Assembly: GCF_902713615.1 (NCBI RefSeq)
Contig: NC_052161.1
Coordinates: 20,552,579-20,616,578, forward strand
Direction: 5' to 3'
Length of the DNA: 64,000 nucleotides
Origin: Scyliorhinus canicula
Lineage: Eukaryota
Part shown: in pieces, positions 23,950 to 35,898 of the stretch
How the letters are laid out: every line of letters starts with the position of its first letter
Numbering within the stretch: the first letter of the stretch is position 1
Translations under genes and position numbers: made by a program
The notes under the pieces: model-generated
The model's input: only the letters and a program-made list of their open reading frames with translations
Told to the model about the DNA's origin: nothing
Database searches by the model: none

Positions 23950-24800
23950 ATCTTAAAAAGCATTAAAGTAGTTAAGTCCCTAGGGCCTGATGGGATCTAC
24001 CCCAGAATACTGAGTGAGGCAAGGAAGGAAATCGCTGGCCTTGACAGTAATCTTTGTATCCTCATTGGCTACAGGTGAAGTTCTAGAAGACTGGAGAGTA
24101 GCCAATGTTGTTCCATTGTTTAAGAAGGGCAGCAGGGATAATCCAGGAAATTATAGGTTGGCGAGCCTAACATCAGTGGCAGGGAAATTATTGGAAAAGA
24201 TTCTTAGAGATAGGATTTACTCACATTTGGAAACAAATGAACTTATTAGTGATGGACAGCATGGTTTTGTGAAGGGGAGGTCGTGCCTCACTAATTTGAT
24301 TGTGTTTTTCGAGGAAGTGACAAAGATGATAGATGAGGGAAAGGCAGTAGATGTTGTATACATTGCCTTCAGTAAAACCTTTGACAAGATGCCCCGTGGT
24401 AAACTGGTACAAAAGGTGAAGTCACATGGGATCAGAGGAGAGCTGACAAATTGGATACAGAACTGGCTTGGGCACAGAAGACAGAGGGTAGCAGTAGAAG
24501 GGTGCTGTTCTGAATGGAAAGCTGTGACTAGTGGCGTTCCATAGGGATCGGTTATGGGGCCTTTATTGTTTGTGGTGTCTATCAGTGATTTGGATGAAAA
24601 TGTAGCTGGTCTGATTAGTAAGTTTGCAGACGACACAAAAATTGGTGGAGTTGTGGATAGTGAAGAGGATTGTCAGAGAATATAGCTGGATATAAACTGG
24701 TTGGGGTCTTGGGTGGAGAAATGGCAGATGGAGTTTAATCCGCACAAGTATGAAATAATGCACTTTGGAAGGTTCAATAAACGGTAGAACTCTTGCAAGT
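23950..24800 (+). mobile_element. CR1 LINE RT fragment
   Basis: EDWRVANVVPLFKKG..NPGNYR, QHGFVKGRSCLTNL, NWLGHRRQRV, SGVP and SKFADDTK. Confidence 0.95.
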
Positions 24801-24937
24801 ACGACTGGCAGAGAGATCCGGGAGTGCATTTCCACCGATAAATACATAAAATTTCTTTTAAATAAAATACATTTGAAATTCGCTGTAAAGATATTTATTT
24901 CATTCACAGCCACCTCCTGTTATCCAGTACTTGAAAT

Positions 24938-25120
24938 TAAATGAAATGAAAATCGCTTATTGTCACGAGTAGGCTTCAATGAAGTTACTGTGAAAAGCCC
25001 CTAGTCGCCACATTCCGGCGCATGTTCGGGGAGGCTGGTACGGGAATTGAACCGTGCTGCTGGCCTGGCTTGGTCTGCTTTAAAAGCCAGTGATTTAGCC
25101 CAGTGTGCTAAACCAGTCCC
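24938..25120 (-). mobile_element. Short tRNA-derived SINE
   Basis: Reverse complement of 58739-58920, with a (CATTT)n tail. Confidence 0.85.
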
Positions 25121-25124
25121 ATTG

Positions 25125-25340
25125 GCTCCTCTCACCGTCTGGACTCCCGGGTCTTCTAACACATCAAAGGTCACCATCTCTGGACTCGGAACCACCTTAC
25201 CTTCAGTACTTCCGACATGAAGTCGCAAACCCCTGCCAGAATCCCCTAAGCTTTGGACATGCCCAAAACATATGGAAATGATTCGCAGGCCCACCTGCAC
25301 ACTGCCCACACCTATCTTCCACTCCTTCGAAGAACCTATG
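25125..25340 (-). mobile_element. L1/Tx1-like ORF2 C-terminal fragment
   Basis: ANHFHMFWACPKL and PSPEMVTFDVLEDPGVQ, homologous to 47000-47170. Confidence 0.75.
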
Positions 25341-26844
25341 CATTTATGTTTGATTAATGATCCCATCTTAGGTGCACACTTTTGGATAAAAGACATTGAT
25401 ATAGTATACGGTATAAGGTGGAGGCAAGTGCGATTTGGGGATATTACAAATGCATTCACAGAGCAAAAGGTGTTCACATCAGAGGAACGTAGATAGGGTG
25501 GATAAAATGATTTTAAGTTTTTACAATATAAGATGGCCCAAATAATGTGGATGTTAGCAGCTGAACCAAAAGACACGAGTGAAAAAATTGCAAGCCTCAA
25601 GCAAGACCAGAAATTGGAAAAGTTATTTAAATGCTGAACAGCAGTTAAATTGAATAGATTCCCGGTTAACACTGTGTCAATTAATTCCTGTAAAAGGAGT
25701 AGGACAAATGTCTGCTTAAGAATTGGATTACAGGCTAAAAGAACAAATATAAGCAATAGTTCTTGTTCCACGTATGTGATGGTTTTAGTCGTGCTGAAGC
25801 CATAGAACTGTCATCTGTGGTGTGCAGATGTTCGGGCTAAATGTAGATTGTAATGTTAGACACGCTGAAGATTTTGCTCAATTATTTTTGAGGATTAAAA
25901 AAAGATTTTGCAACTTTATCTTTTTGAAGTTCAATTTGTGGTTTATACAACTTTCTTCGAAGACAGAAAAATGTTGAGAAAGAGTATAACAATGCAAGTT
26001 GTGCATGAGACAGAAGGATTAGGCTTGATGAGCTGAATTAATTTTTTTGTTTCACCATTTTGTATAGTCTTACAAAACCTTTGATTGAGCACAAGCAATT
26101 GGACAACTTCATCCAGCTCATAAAGCTTTCTTTTCCGTTATTTAGAATAGGCAGCCCTGCTTCATACAGATAAGTTAAAACGTTTGATCCCAGTCTACAA
26201 TGTGCTCACTTGTTGTTCATTATGGTGCTCCCATTAGGCTTGGCATGAGATATAAAGACATAAATTGCAACGCTCTATTCGAATGTCAGTGGAAAGTCTC
26301 GCCAATTGCAAGTGTAAGTTTGAGATTAAGTTAAATAATTACAGTTCAGATTCCATGCTCATCTCTGGTGAGGCTCCTTGCTTGTGTCCAGCAAAGTTCT
26401 GCATGTAACAATTAGCTACACATATAATAACTGCATGCATCATAACTGATGTCCACATTAAGCTTATAGTAAGGTTACTAAGCATGCTGCTCCGCTTAGA
26501 ATACGACTGGACTTGAATGCGTCGCATGTTGAGCTAGTGAAGAAAACATCCTGTTACAGAAGTCAGAGATCTTGCATCATTCTGCAAGAGGATTTAGCAA
26601 TTAGCAAGCAACATCTCAAAAATGGAACCTCAGTATTTAGCAACCCATAGGTTGATATGGCTCACATGATCATTTAAAACTTCACTTACAGTTCTGTAAT
26701 ATAGGATTATATTTTATTAATGGAGGTCTGAAAGAAACATTTCACAGCTTTAGTTTTCTGGAGGTGGCTGTCACGCTGCTTAAGTGGCTCCAAACTAGGC
26801 CACAGAGAAATCCATAATAGTAACAAACAATTTAATTTCACAAC

Positions 26845-27240
26845 CTCAGTACCCCTAAAGTCTTTGTAGCCAATGAGGTACGTTTGGAATGTTGTTACTG
26901 TTATAACGGCAGGAATTGCAACAGTCAATTTGCAGCTAGCAAGGTCTCACAAACAGCAATGGGACAAATGACCAGACAATCTGTTTAAGTTGGCTGAATG
27001 GTAAAATGTTGGCCAGGTCCCTGAGAGAACTCCCTCATCTTATTTGAATAATCAGATCGTTAGCATCTACCCGAGAAGATAGACAAGGTCTTGAGAGATA
27101 ACATCGCATCTGAGATTGGCAGATCTCCCTCAATATCATGCTGAAATGGTATTGGAGATTGTGTGCTCAAGTGTCTGGAGTGGGAGTGAGATTTGAATGC
27201 ACAACCTTCAGAGTCAAAGGCAAGAGGCTATGACTAAGGC
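26845..27240 (-). mobile_element. Ancient DeuSINE (SacSINE1/AmnSINE1-related)
   Basis: Minus strand has a tRNA-like head (CACTCCAGACACTTGAGCACA) and Deu-domain-like GTTCTC..GG..CCTGGCCAACATTT...CTGGTCATTT..CATTGCTGTTTGTGAGACCTTGCT..CTGCAAATTG. Confidence 0.7.
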
Positions 27241-27372
27241 AGGATGGCGACCTCTTCGATTAAAGTAGTTCCTGTCTGCCTGATAGGGAATGCATACATT
27301 TTTTTTGCAAGAATACATATTGCATTGTTTACGTCCAGAGAAATCAAGCAAAATTAGGAAGAAATTAAGTTT

Positions 27373-27716
27373 CATAGAACATAGAACAGTACAGCACAGA
27401 ACAGGCCCGTCGGCCCTCGATGTTGTGCCGAGCAATGATCACCCTACTCAAACCCACGTATCCACCCTATACCCGTAACCCAACAACCCCCCCCTTAACC
27501 TTACTTTTTAGGACACTACGGGCAATTTAGCATGGCCAATCCACCTGACCCGCACATCTTTGGACTGTGGGAGGAAACCGGAGCACCCGGAGGAAACCCA
27601 CGCACACACAGGGAGGACGTGCAGACTCCGCACAGACAGTGACCCAGCCGGGAATCGAACATGGGACCCTGGAGCTGTGAAGCATTTATGCTAACCACCA
27701 TGCTACCGTGCTGCCC
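27373..27716 (-). mobile_element. HE1-type V-SINE, full length
   Basis: Head, V core and tail present. The last ~58 nt are near-identical to the CR1 tail at 62883-62943. Confidence 0.92.
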
Positions 27717-27889
27717 TTTCAGAGACCCTTAAGTATTTGTCGGAATAGTGTTGAAATTTAGCCAGCTAACATCCACTGATAGGCTTCCTTCCCATTATCC
27801 GGTTCACACCACCATGCCTGTTCGGACACTGATTAGATATGTTTTCTTGAGCAATATTTCCAGTTGGGCAACATGTCACATCCCTTTAT

Positions 27890-28165
27890 AATCTTTATTA
27901 TTGTCATGAGTAGGCTTAAGGAAGTTACTGTGAAAAGCCCCGAGTAGCCACCTGTCCGGGTACACAGAGGGAGAATTCAGAATGTCCAATTCACCTCACA
28001 AGCAAGTCTTTCGGGACTTGTGGGAGAAAACCGGAGCACCCGGAGGAAACCCAAGCAGACACAGGGAGAATGTGCAGACTCCGCAGTGACCCAAGCACGA
28101 ATCGAACGTGAGACCCTGGCGCTGTGAAGCAACAGTGCTAACCACTGTGCTACCGTGCCGCCCAT
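27890..28165 (-). mobile_element. V-SINE variant with alternative tail
   Basis: GGGCGGCACGGTAGCACAGTGG head, V core and alternative tail. Confidence 0.85.
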
Positions 28166-28627
28166 CACATCCCAACAATGATGCAGAGTGACTTGTTCAT
28201 TTTGAACAGTGGCCTGGAGTACTGAGGGTCAGCCTAGCTCAGGTACGAGATAACTACAGCACACTGACTTCAAATTTCCCATCGCCAAACATGTTCTTCT
28301 TAGATCCAGCTCAACTGAAAGGGATCGCACTTATCTCCTCCCTACACCCAGAAGGACAATCACTAAATGGCAATAAGACAACTGTTGGAATGGTGGTTTT
28401 AAGCCCTTGTTGGCCAAACAGCAGGATGAAAAAATGTAACTCCCACTTCAATCTGCAACAAGGATTAAGTAAAACATAGACCGAAACATTGCGTGCCTCT
28501 TTGGCAGGCAACAATAAATAAATTCATCAATGATTAAACTAATCCTGGATATTGTGGTTGAGATTCTTTACTTTCTACTTCTTCTGAGGGCACACTGGTG
28601 TTCAATGATTCCGCAGACACACATTAT

Positions 28628-29245
28628 AGGGTGAAATTGGACCTTGGTTATCAGACAGAAAACAGGCACAAGAGTTCTAACTGAGCAGGCTAACCTCCCA
28701 CTCTCTGACAGCGCGGAAAACCGCATTGGACACAGTACAGGCTGACACCTAAATGTTAGGGCCTTGAGTATGCTGATAAGGGGCTCAATGCCTCTTCTAG
28801 CACCCGCCCAGAAATATGTATACCCTGACTAGGCATCGGGTCTGCTCTGTTCATGATTACCGAGTCTATATGTGGGCTTTAAAGCAACCGCTAGAGGCTG
28901 CCATTAAAAAATGAAAAGTTTCCAAACAAAAATCCTTTTATAGTCAGGAATAGCTGGACTTCTCTTGTCTGCTCCTCGACTCTGGGAGGCATTGTCAGCC
29001 TGTGTCAGGCTCCACTCCCTTTTCTTTCCAGAACCTCAGCTGATGTGGCAGGTGGTCTGGAATTCAAAGGGACCAGAGTGACAAGCTGCCTCTGGAGGCA
29101 AGGCAGATAGCAGCACTTCCAGAATATTAAACTGAGGCCAGAGGATCACTATCAGGTATACATGGGATCAGCCTCCTTTAACACATGCAGCACTCGCGCG
29201 ACCTGATCTGTGCCTGAAAATGGATATGAACCAATTTGTCACCCA
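28628..29245. mobile_element. Older MITE-like element
   Basis: Imperfect inverted ends GGGTGAAATTGG / CCAATTTGTCACCC. Confidence 0.4.
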
Positions 29246-29879
29246 CATTTCTAAACTGCCTATTCTTTTGAACATTGGGAAAGTCTCAATGAAAATTACA
29301 TTACCTTTTTGATAGAGTGCAAAATGTTGTATCATTTCAAACAAGTAATGTGGAAAGCAGATTAATGAATATTTTTAAATGCAAAATATTTGACGATTAA
29401 GCTTATAATCCTGCTCCATTTCTGTTCTAAATGTAGGAAATACTTAAAAATAACTTAAATATAAATCCGACGAAATGTAAAAGCTTTGTTTCAACATCCT
29501 TACTAAAAACATACTTTCAGAATGCATCAGAGATTCATGATTAACCACAGTTTTAAAGATCAGTAAGAAAGGATTAACTATGATTACTTCTGTCATGTTG
29601 CAGAGTTTTGTGAATATTTTTGTTTAACTGCAGAATACTGATGACATCATTATGAGCAGCAGGCTAAGGGGAGTTATTAAGCAAGGCCATGTGAGGAAGC
29701 AAAATTAATATTATCAGAGGAACAGTCAGTAATCTTGCATGATTCAAGGCAGTTCTTCTAATAATGACATCGGTGTTCACTATTAAAATATTGGATATTT
29801 CGAGGGACATAGAAGATAGCCGTGATGGACCATTCGGCCCTTCAAGCATGCTTTGCCATTTAATAAGATCATGACATGC

Positions 29880-30612
29880 TAGCTGGGTATGCTAATGAAC
29901 AGGCCTTTGGGGATGGGGGCTGCGGTGGGTAGGCTAAGCAGGGGGGTGGGGGGTGGGGGGTAGGGAGGAAGGGAGTGGGCTGGTGACGCAGTGAGTTTTT
30001 TTTTGGTTGGCTTCAGGTGAGAATAGATGGAGCGGCCATTTTGGACTTGCCCAAATTAGTGAGGAGGTCAGATGGTTGGGCGGTGTTTGGGTTAGGTGAG
30101 GATGGCGGACCTTAGTAGAGGGGATGGTCAGAAACCCCGGGTGAGGATTGTAACATGGAATGTGCGCGGATTAAATGGAGTGATTTTAATTGTGTATTGG
30201 ACCCTAGGGTGGATCGATCTAGTCCTAAATCAATCGCTAGGTCGGGGATGGCAAAGGACTTGGGGTTATCTTTGACAGGTGGGAGGGTGGAGGTTTAGGT
30301 ACCCACGAGGCAGGGAATATTCCTTCTTCTTGCATGCACACCGGGTATACTCCTGCATCAATTTCTTTCTGACGGAGAAGGCGGTGCTGTCAGGAGTTGT
30401 GGGGTGGAGTATGCAGGGATAGTAATTTCAGACCATCCACCGCATTACGTGATTTTAGACAGGATAGGCACAGAGACGAAGGTGGAGGTTTGATTCAGCA
30501 CTCTTGGCAGATAAAAAGTTTTGAGAAGGTGGCTTTGGCAATTAAGAGTTATGTGGAGCTTAATCAATATGGGGAGGTTTCTGCAGCCATGTTTTGGAAG
30601 TGTCTGAAGGCT
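29880..30612 (+). mobile_element. L1/Tx1-like ORF2 endonuclease fragments
   Basis: RIVTWNVRGLNG, DFNCVLDPRVDRS, ISDH and ELNQYGEVSAAMFW, homologous to 54600-55480. Confidence 0.8.
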
Positions 30613-30614
30613 GT

Positions 30615-31081
30615 CCGCGAGCGGCCGAGTTCCCGACGGCGTGGAACGAACATGCCATGGCCGGTTGGGATGCTCGTGTGGCGGCTGCGGACTCAGTCCG
30701 CCCCGCGCCCGTGCTGGTGGGGGGAGGGGGGATCGGGCACGGGGGGGGCCTTATTGGTAGCCGGGGGAGAGATCGGGCTGGACAGATCTTCAGGCACGTG
30801 GCCGATCGGGGGTCCTACATCTTCCAGCTGCCTCCGTGGTCCGAGTCCGCCATGGCGCTCAGCGTGGCCGCTGGAGGCCGTCGCCGTGAGCATCTGCGTT
30901 CTCGAAACCGAAAGTGTAGGTTCCGTATCCGCCGCTAAAGTTGCTTGAAGCACTCCGGGTCCCTGCTAGCTCCCTGAAGGTAAATGAATCGGCTTGTATT
31001 TTTTTGAGGAAACTCGGGAGTGCAAATCCAGCGTTTTGTCGCCGGCGTGGGGACATTGCCCCATTTTGAGAGAATCCACCC
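30615..31081. mobile_element. GC-rich MITE subfamily A (left end lost)
   Basis: Colinear with 1350-1751. Right end reads GAGAATCCACCC. Confidence 0.8.
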
Positions 31082-31139
31082 TCTGTTCTCTGATGCTAAC
31101 TGATGTTCTGATGCTTAATTTCTTTACAAGAAAAAATAG

Positions 31140-31402
31140 TATTCATTAACAGAATACAATAGTGTCCAGTCCACGGTTTTTGCAAATACGCTGGCCTTGT
31201 CATTTTCCATCTCAAGTTTCATATGTGCTTTCTTCATCGATGATCGGTTTAATAGTAAAGGCATTTCACTGGATACGACATCCATGCTAACAAAATGATT
31301 CCTTCAGGCAATTTTACAAGCAATCACAATCCTTTTCAGCGATTTAAGGGTATCATCCCCAAATCTGAAACTCGTGGAACTTCCAAATTCCTTAACCTTG
31401 TT
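31140..31402 (-). mobile_element. Copia-type (GalEa-like) LTR retrotransposon protease-region remnant
   Basis: Manual translation gives SSTSFRFGDDTLKSLKRIVIACKIA*RNHFVSMDVVSSEMPLLLNRSSMKKAHMKLEMENDKASVFAKTVD, then GHYCILL after a frameshift. Confidence 0.65.
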
Positions 31403-31487
31403 CCATTTAGTTGGCTCGGTGGGTTCACTGCTCTCATGGAGTTTTTTCTTCTCAATGGAGCACATTTGTTAAGAATTATGAAATATC

Positions 31488-32260
31488 GACTTCCAGTGGC
31501 AACCATGGAGTGAGTGGTCACACGTTTGGCAGCTCCCGCTCAAGGCGTCTTTTTCGGATCTTTTCCCTGCTTGTTGGGTGGATGTTTCAGTGAAAAAAGG
31601 TGTAGAGGTGACTGAAGAAAGTTAAATTCCACTGGTGCGGCTGGTGGATGGATGCACAGATCAGAAGTGGGTCGCAAAGAGGGGAGCAGTTAGAGCAAGG
31701 GTATCTTTGTGAGCCACAGATCAAAATGGTGGAGGGTAAAGGGCCAGCCCTGCCTGCCAGTGGTCAGTGGGGCAGCTGGTGGACTTCTTAAATGAGACGT
31801 TCAGCCGGCAGAGACCCAGGAACGGTGGCACAGTGGTTAGCACTGCTGTCTCACTGCACCAGGGACCTGGGTTCAATTCCGGTCTGAGGAGAGGAGTTTG
31901 CACATTCTCCCTGTGTGTGCGAGGGTTTCCTCCGGGAGCTCCGGTTTCCTCCCACAGCCCAAAGATGTGCAGGTTTGGTTGATTGGCTATGTTTAATTGC
32001 CCCTTAAGTGTCCAAAAAGATGTGTAGGTTAGATTAAGGGGTATATGGAATAGGATAGGGGAGTGAGCTAGGGTGGAGTGCTCTTTGAGAGGGTCGGTGC
32101 AGACTCGATAGGCCGAATGGCCTCCTTCTGCACTGTAGGGATCCTATTCTATGATTCCATGAAGACTTGGCCAAGGCGGTGGAACCATTAAAAGCGGGAA
32201 TTGACTACGTGGAACAGAGGCTGGAGTCTCAGGGCTCTGGGGAAGATCTCAGAATGGGAC
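31488..32260 (+). mobile_element. L1/Tx1-like 5' UTR and ORF1 start, interrupted by a SINE
   Basis: Starts GACTTCCAGTGGCAACCATGGAGTGAGTGG. Coiled-coil-like peptide QLVDFLNETFSRQR continues after the SINE as EDLAKAVEPLKAGIDYVEQRLE. Confidence 0.5.
31820..32155 (+). mobile_element. HE1-type V-SINE
   Basis: Head, V core and CR1-like tail. Confidence 0.9.
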
Positions 32261-32294
32261 TTGCCCCAGTTGATCATGGGGGGTAGCGGGGGGG

Positions 32295-32876
32295 GGGGGG
32301 GGGGGCGAGGGCCGATCGGCGAGGCCCCTGCGGCGATTCTCCGGCCCGCGATGGGCCGAAGTCCCGCCGCCGAGGTTTGAACCACCTCAGGTGGCGGCGG
32401 GATCGGCGGCGCAAGTGGGTCCCCGGGGTCCTGGGGGGAGCGGGGGGCGATCGGACCCCGGGGGGTGCCCCCATGGTGGCCAGGCCCACGATCGGGGCCC
32501 CCCGCTCAGACTCCGGGCCAGTGCCCTGGGTGCACTCTTTCTCTTCCGCGGCTGCCACGGCCGCCACGGCCTCCGCCATGGTGGAAGCGGAAGGGAAACC
32601 CACATCGCGCATGCGCCGGTGGTGACGTCAGCTGCAGCTGGCCGCTGATGTCACCGCCGGCGCATGCGCCGACCGGCGAAAGCCTTTTGGCCAGCCCCGC
32701 TGCCGGGGACGCCGGTTTTTTGCGCCAGTCTTCTGGTGCCAACCGCTCCGGCGCGGGGCTAGCCCCCAAAAGTGCAGAGAATTCCCCACCTTTGGGGAGG
32801 GCCGACCCCGGAGTGGTTGGCGCCACTCCCCTACGCCGGGACCCCCCATCACGCCGGGTAGGGGAGAATCCCGCCC
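32295..32876. mobile_element. GC-rich MITE subfamily C (left end lost)
   Basis: Colinear with 37180-37752. Right TIR GGAGAATCCCGCCC and internal palindrome 32607-32669. Confidence 0.85.
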
Positions 32877-33261
32877 CTCATCCTTTAACAAGAGTTACTC
32901 CACCTCATTTCGCTTTCTGCATATCCTTCTAAAATGTTGAGTACACCGAATATTCAATTTTCAGCCTTGGTCACCTTGCAATCTTGTCTCCGTAATGGTT
33001 ATCAGATTATACCCATTTATTTCTATTTGTGTGATCAATTAATCTGATTTGTTAGAAATGCTGCATGCATTCAGATAACATCGACCCCTGAGAAAAACCA
33101 ATGTCTTCTTTCCTCCAATCTGAAATATAACTGTTCATCACAAATCTTTGTTTCTGTCCCCGAACTTTAGAATACTGAAGCTGCCACTATCCTTTTAATC
33201 CTGTGGTCTTTATTTTTGCTGAAAAAAAGATTATAGAATCATAAAATTGCTACAGTGCAGA

Positions 33262-33550
33262 AAACGGTAGCATAGTGTTGCTTCACAGCGCCAGGACCCG
33301 GGTTCGATTCCTGGCTTGGGTCACTGTCTGTGCGGAGTATGCATGATCTCCCTGTGTCTGCGTGGGTTTCCTCCAGGTGCTCCCGTTTCCTCCCACAAGT
33401 TCCGAAAGACTTGCTTGTTAGGTGAATTGGACATTCTGAATTCTCCCTCTGTGTACCCAAGCAGGCGTCGGAGTGTGGCGACGAGAGGATTTTCACAGTA
33501 ACTTCATTGTAGTGTTTTTGTTAGCCTACTCGTGACACTAATAAAGATTC
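33262..33550 (+). mobile_element. V-SINE variant with alternative tail
   Basis: B-box GGTTCGATTCC, V core and alternative tail. Confidence 0.85.
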
Positions 33551-33574
33551 TTGGCTATTGATTTAAAAAGGCCA

Positions 33575-33875
33575 TTGGAAAATCGAGCCTGCGCAAATCA
33601 TCTGAAAGAGCACCGACCCAGAACCCCACCCTGTCCCCTGCAACCCCATAGCCCCACCTAACCCGTAAATGTTTGGACACTAAGGGACAATTGATAATGC
33701 CCAATCCACCTAGCCTGCATATCTTTAGACTGTGGGAGGAAACCGGAGCACCTGGAGGAAACCCACACAGACATGGGGAGAATATGCAAACTCCACACAA
33801 ACAGTCACCCAAGGTTGGTATTGAACCCCAGTGTCTGTGAGGCAGCAGTGCTAACCACTGCACCACTCTGCCGCC
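33575..33875 (-). mobile_element. HE1-type V-SINE
   Basis: Head, V core and tail on the minus strand, tail-to-tail with 33262-33550. Confidence 0.85.
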
Positions 33876-35704
33876 TGTGGTGGTTTTCCAAATGCTTTCA
33901 GAAAGTCCATATAAACACCATCAACTGCACTACCTTAATTGCTATTACTTTAACTGCTGCTCAAATTGAAAAGAAGTCTAGAAAAAGAGAAAACACCCTT
34001 AACAATTTGATTTTGCTGGCTCATTGTCAGAAAATTGCATTCAAACTCCGGAATTCTCAGTTATGCTTGTACAACTTTGTGTTGTGCTGCACTTAAATCT
34101 TTGGACATAGATCAATGCCAGTGCATTATTTGCATAATCCATGAAAGTCAAATGCACAGATCATTTGAATGGGAACAGCACTATGTAAATGATTGCAAAC
34201 AACTTTGGTGTGTTGCGATGGGAGCATGGGGGGGGGGGGGGGGGGGGGGGCTGTGGCAGTGTATCTTGAAAGACAAATGACAGAGGAAATTTGCATGTCC
34301 TGATGATTTAACATAAAAATGTCAGTCATTTTTGATCAAACTTTCTGAGGAAATAATGGAACTACTCTGTTCCAAGGCCAAAGCTACAGCTAAAAGTTCC
34401 AAGAAATTATGGGTCAGTATTTATAGAGCCCTGTGGAGATTCTATTTAGGAATCTTTAAAGGAAATGATTTATGTGACACAATATGATGTTGCTGATTTC
34501 TCACACTATTTGTTATTTTCTCTTTGATCTGTTGATTTTATTTTGACTAGGTGGTGAAAAGTGATTAACTAAGGATGACGATGTTGTACTTTTTGAACTT
34601 CCAGTGGGACATTTATGCATTACGTACACAATCAGCAGCCAAAATTACCTTTGAGATTTTTTAGTGAAGTTGTCTAGACATCTGCAAATATCCAATTTCT
34701 GTGAACAACCAAGAAAAACTTCACTTCTCTGTCAGCTGGTTTCGTTTAAAGTATCTTGGAGTCAAAGGGCACAGCATGACCTCATCAAATTAGCCCCTAC
34801 TGAGAGAGGTGTTTAACACAAGTAAAAGGAAGTAATCTGGACGACATTAAATGCAAATGTGATTTCCATGTGCAAACTTCAAACGCGCCAAAACCCATAA
34901 ATGGCTTCTGCACAAGGTGAACAAAGCAATCCTCGTGTTCTGTAAATCGATCCGAAATACAGAGTGTTTTCTATCCCCAGAGGGCTCCCACAATTTGCAT
35001 GCTGAATCACGAGTGGGTCAGAAATCTCAGCAAATAAGGCTGAAAAACAATTACAGAAGAATGTACATCTGTACAACTGTTTTATATACAGTAAAGCTGA
35101 ATTCCAGGCTAAACCACAGCACTGACAATTTAAATTGGACAATGTACACTGGTATACTGGTGAACCAAATGTTGTTTCACAAAAATAAATTCAGAGACAA
35201 ATACAAAAACATAAAGTCTTCAACTTCCTGACAATGTATTCTTTGACGGCAATGGATGGTCAATTTCTGTGATTTAGTTTTGTACCAATTTTTTACGCTC
35301 AGATTTTCTTTACTGGCAACAAGTTTACCGAGGAGTTCGGTCAACCTAGCTAAAAAGCTTTTGAATTAAATTAGGCACTTTTAATTTTAGACGCAGCCAC
35401 TTCATGGATTCATATGAAATTCCTTTATTCACTATTTTAATGGAAGCACTAGCCTATTTAAAACTGGTTAAAAGGGGCTCACACCTTGTCAAATAGCAGA
35501 TGAAGGAATTTCATTTCAATATATTCTACATTTGTACACTAATAATTGAAGACCACCCAATCTCATGGAGTCTTCCTGCACTATAAAATGGTGATTTTAA
35601 AAGGGCCATATTACCATAGTTTCTGAACAGACAGTACAAATTGTTATCGTATTTGCTGCTACCAATATAATAAATAACCAGTCTAGATAAAGAATAAAAC
35701 AAAC

Positions 35705-35898
35705 CTCTCTCATTATAGAAACATCCTTCGAATTTACTGGATCACCATCAGATCCATTTTCTTGATGCATCAGTAAGTGAGAATACAATGGTTTCACATT
35801 TCCACACACCCGCGGTTGAACCCTATTTTCCATGCTGTGTGTCCCCAATAGAGACTGATGTGATTGGCTTGCTAATGCATTTGTCATTATAATTGACC
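35705..35898 (-). other. Candidate exon of an unidentified transcript
   Basis: Acceptor ttttcttccatattatatctag|GG and donor GAG|gtttgt. 194 nt, open frame SIIMTNALASQ...SKDVSIMRE, non-repetitive. Confidence 0.25.

Noticed and set aside
25001-25771. 256-aa minus-strand ORF
   Set aside because: It runs across unique DNA, an L1 fragment and a SINE, so it is a chance chimera with no coherent domain.
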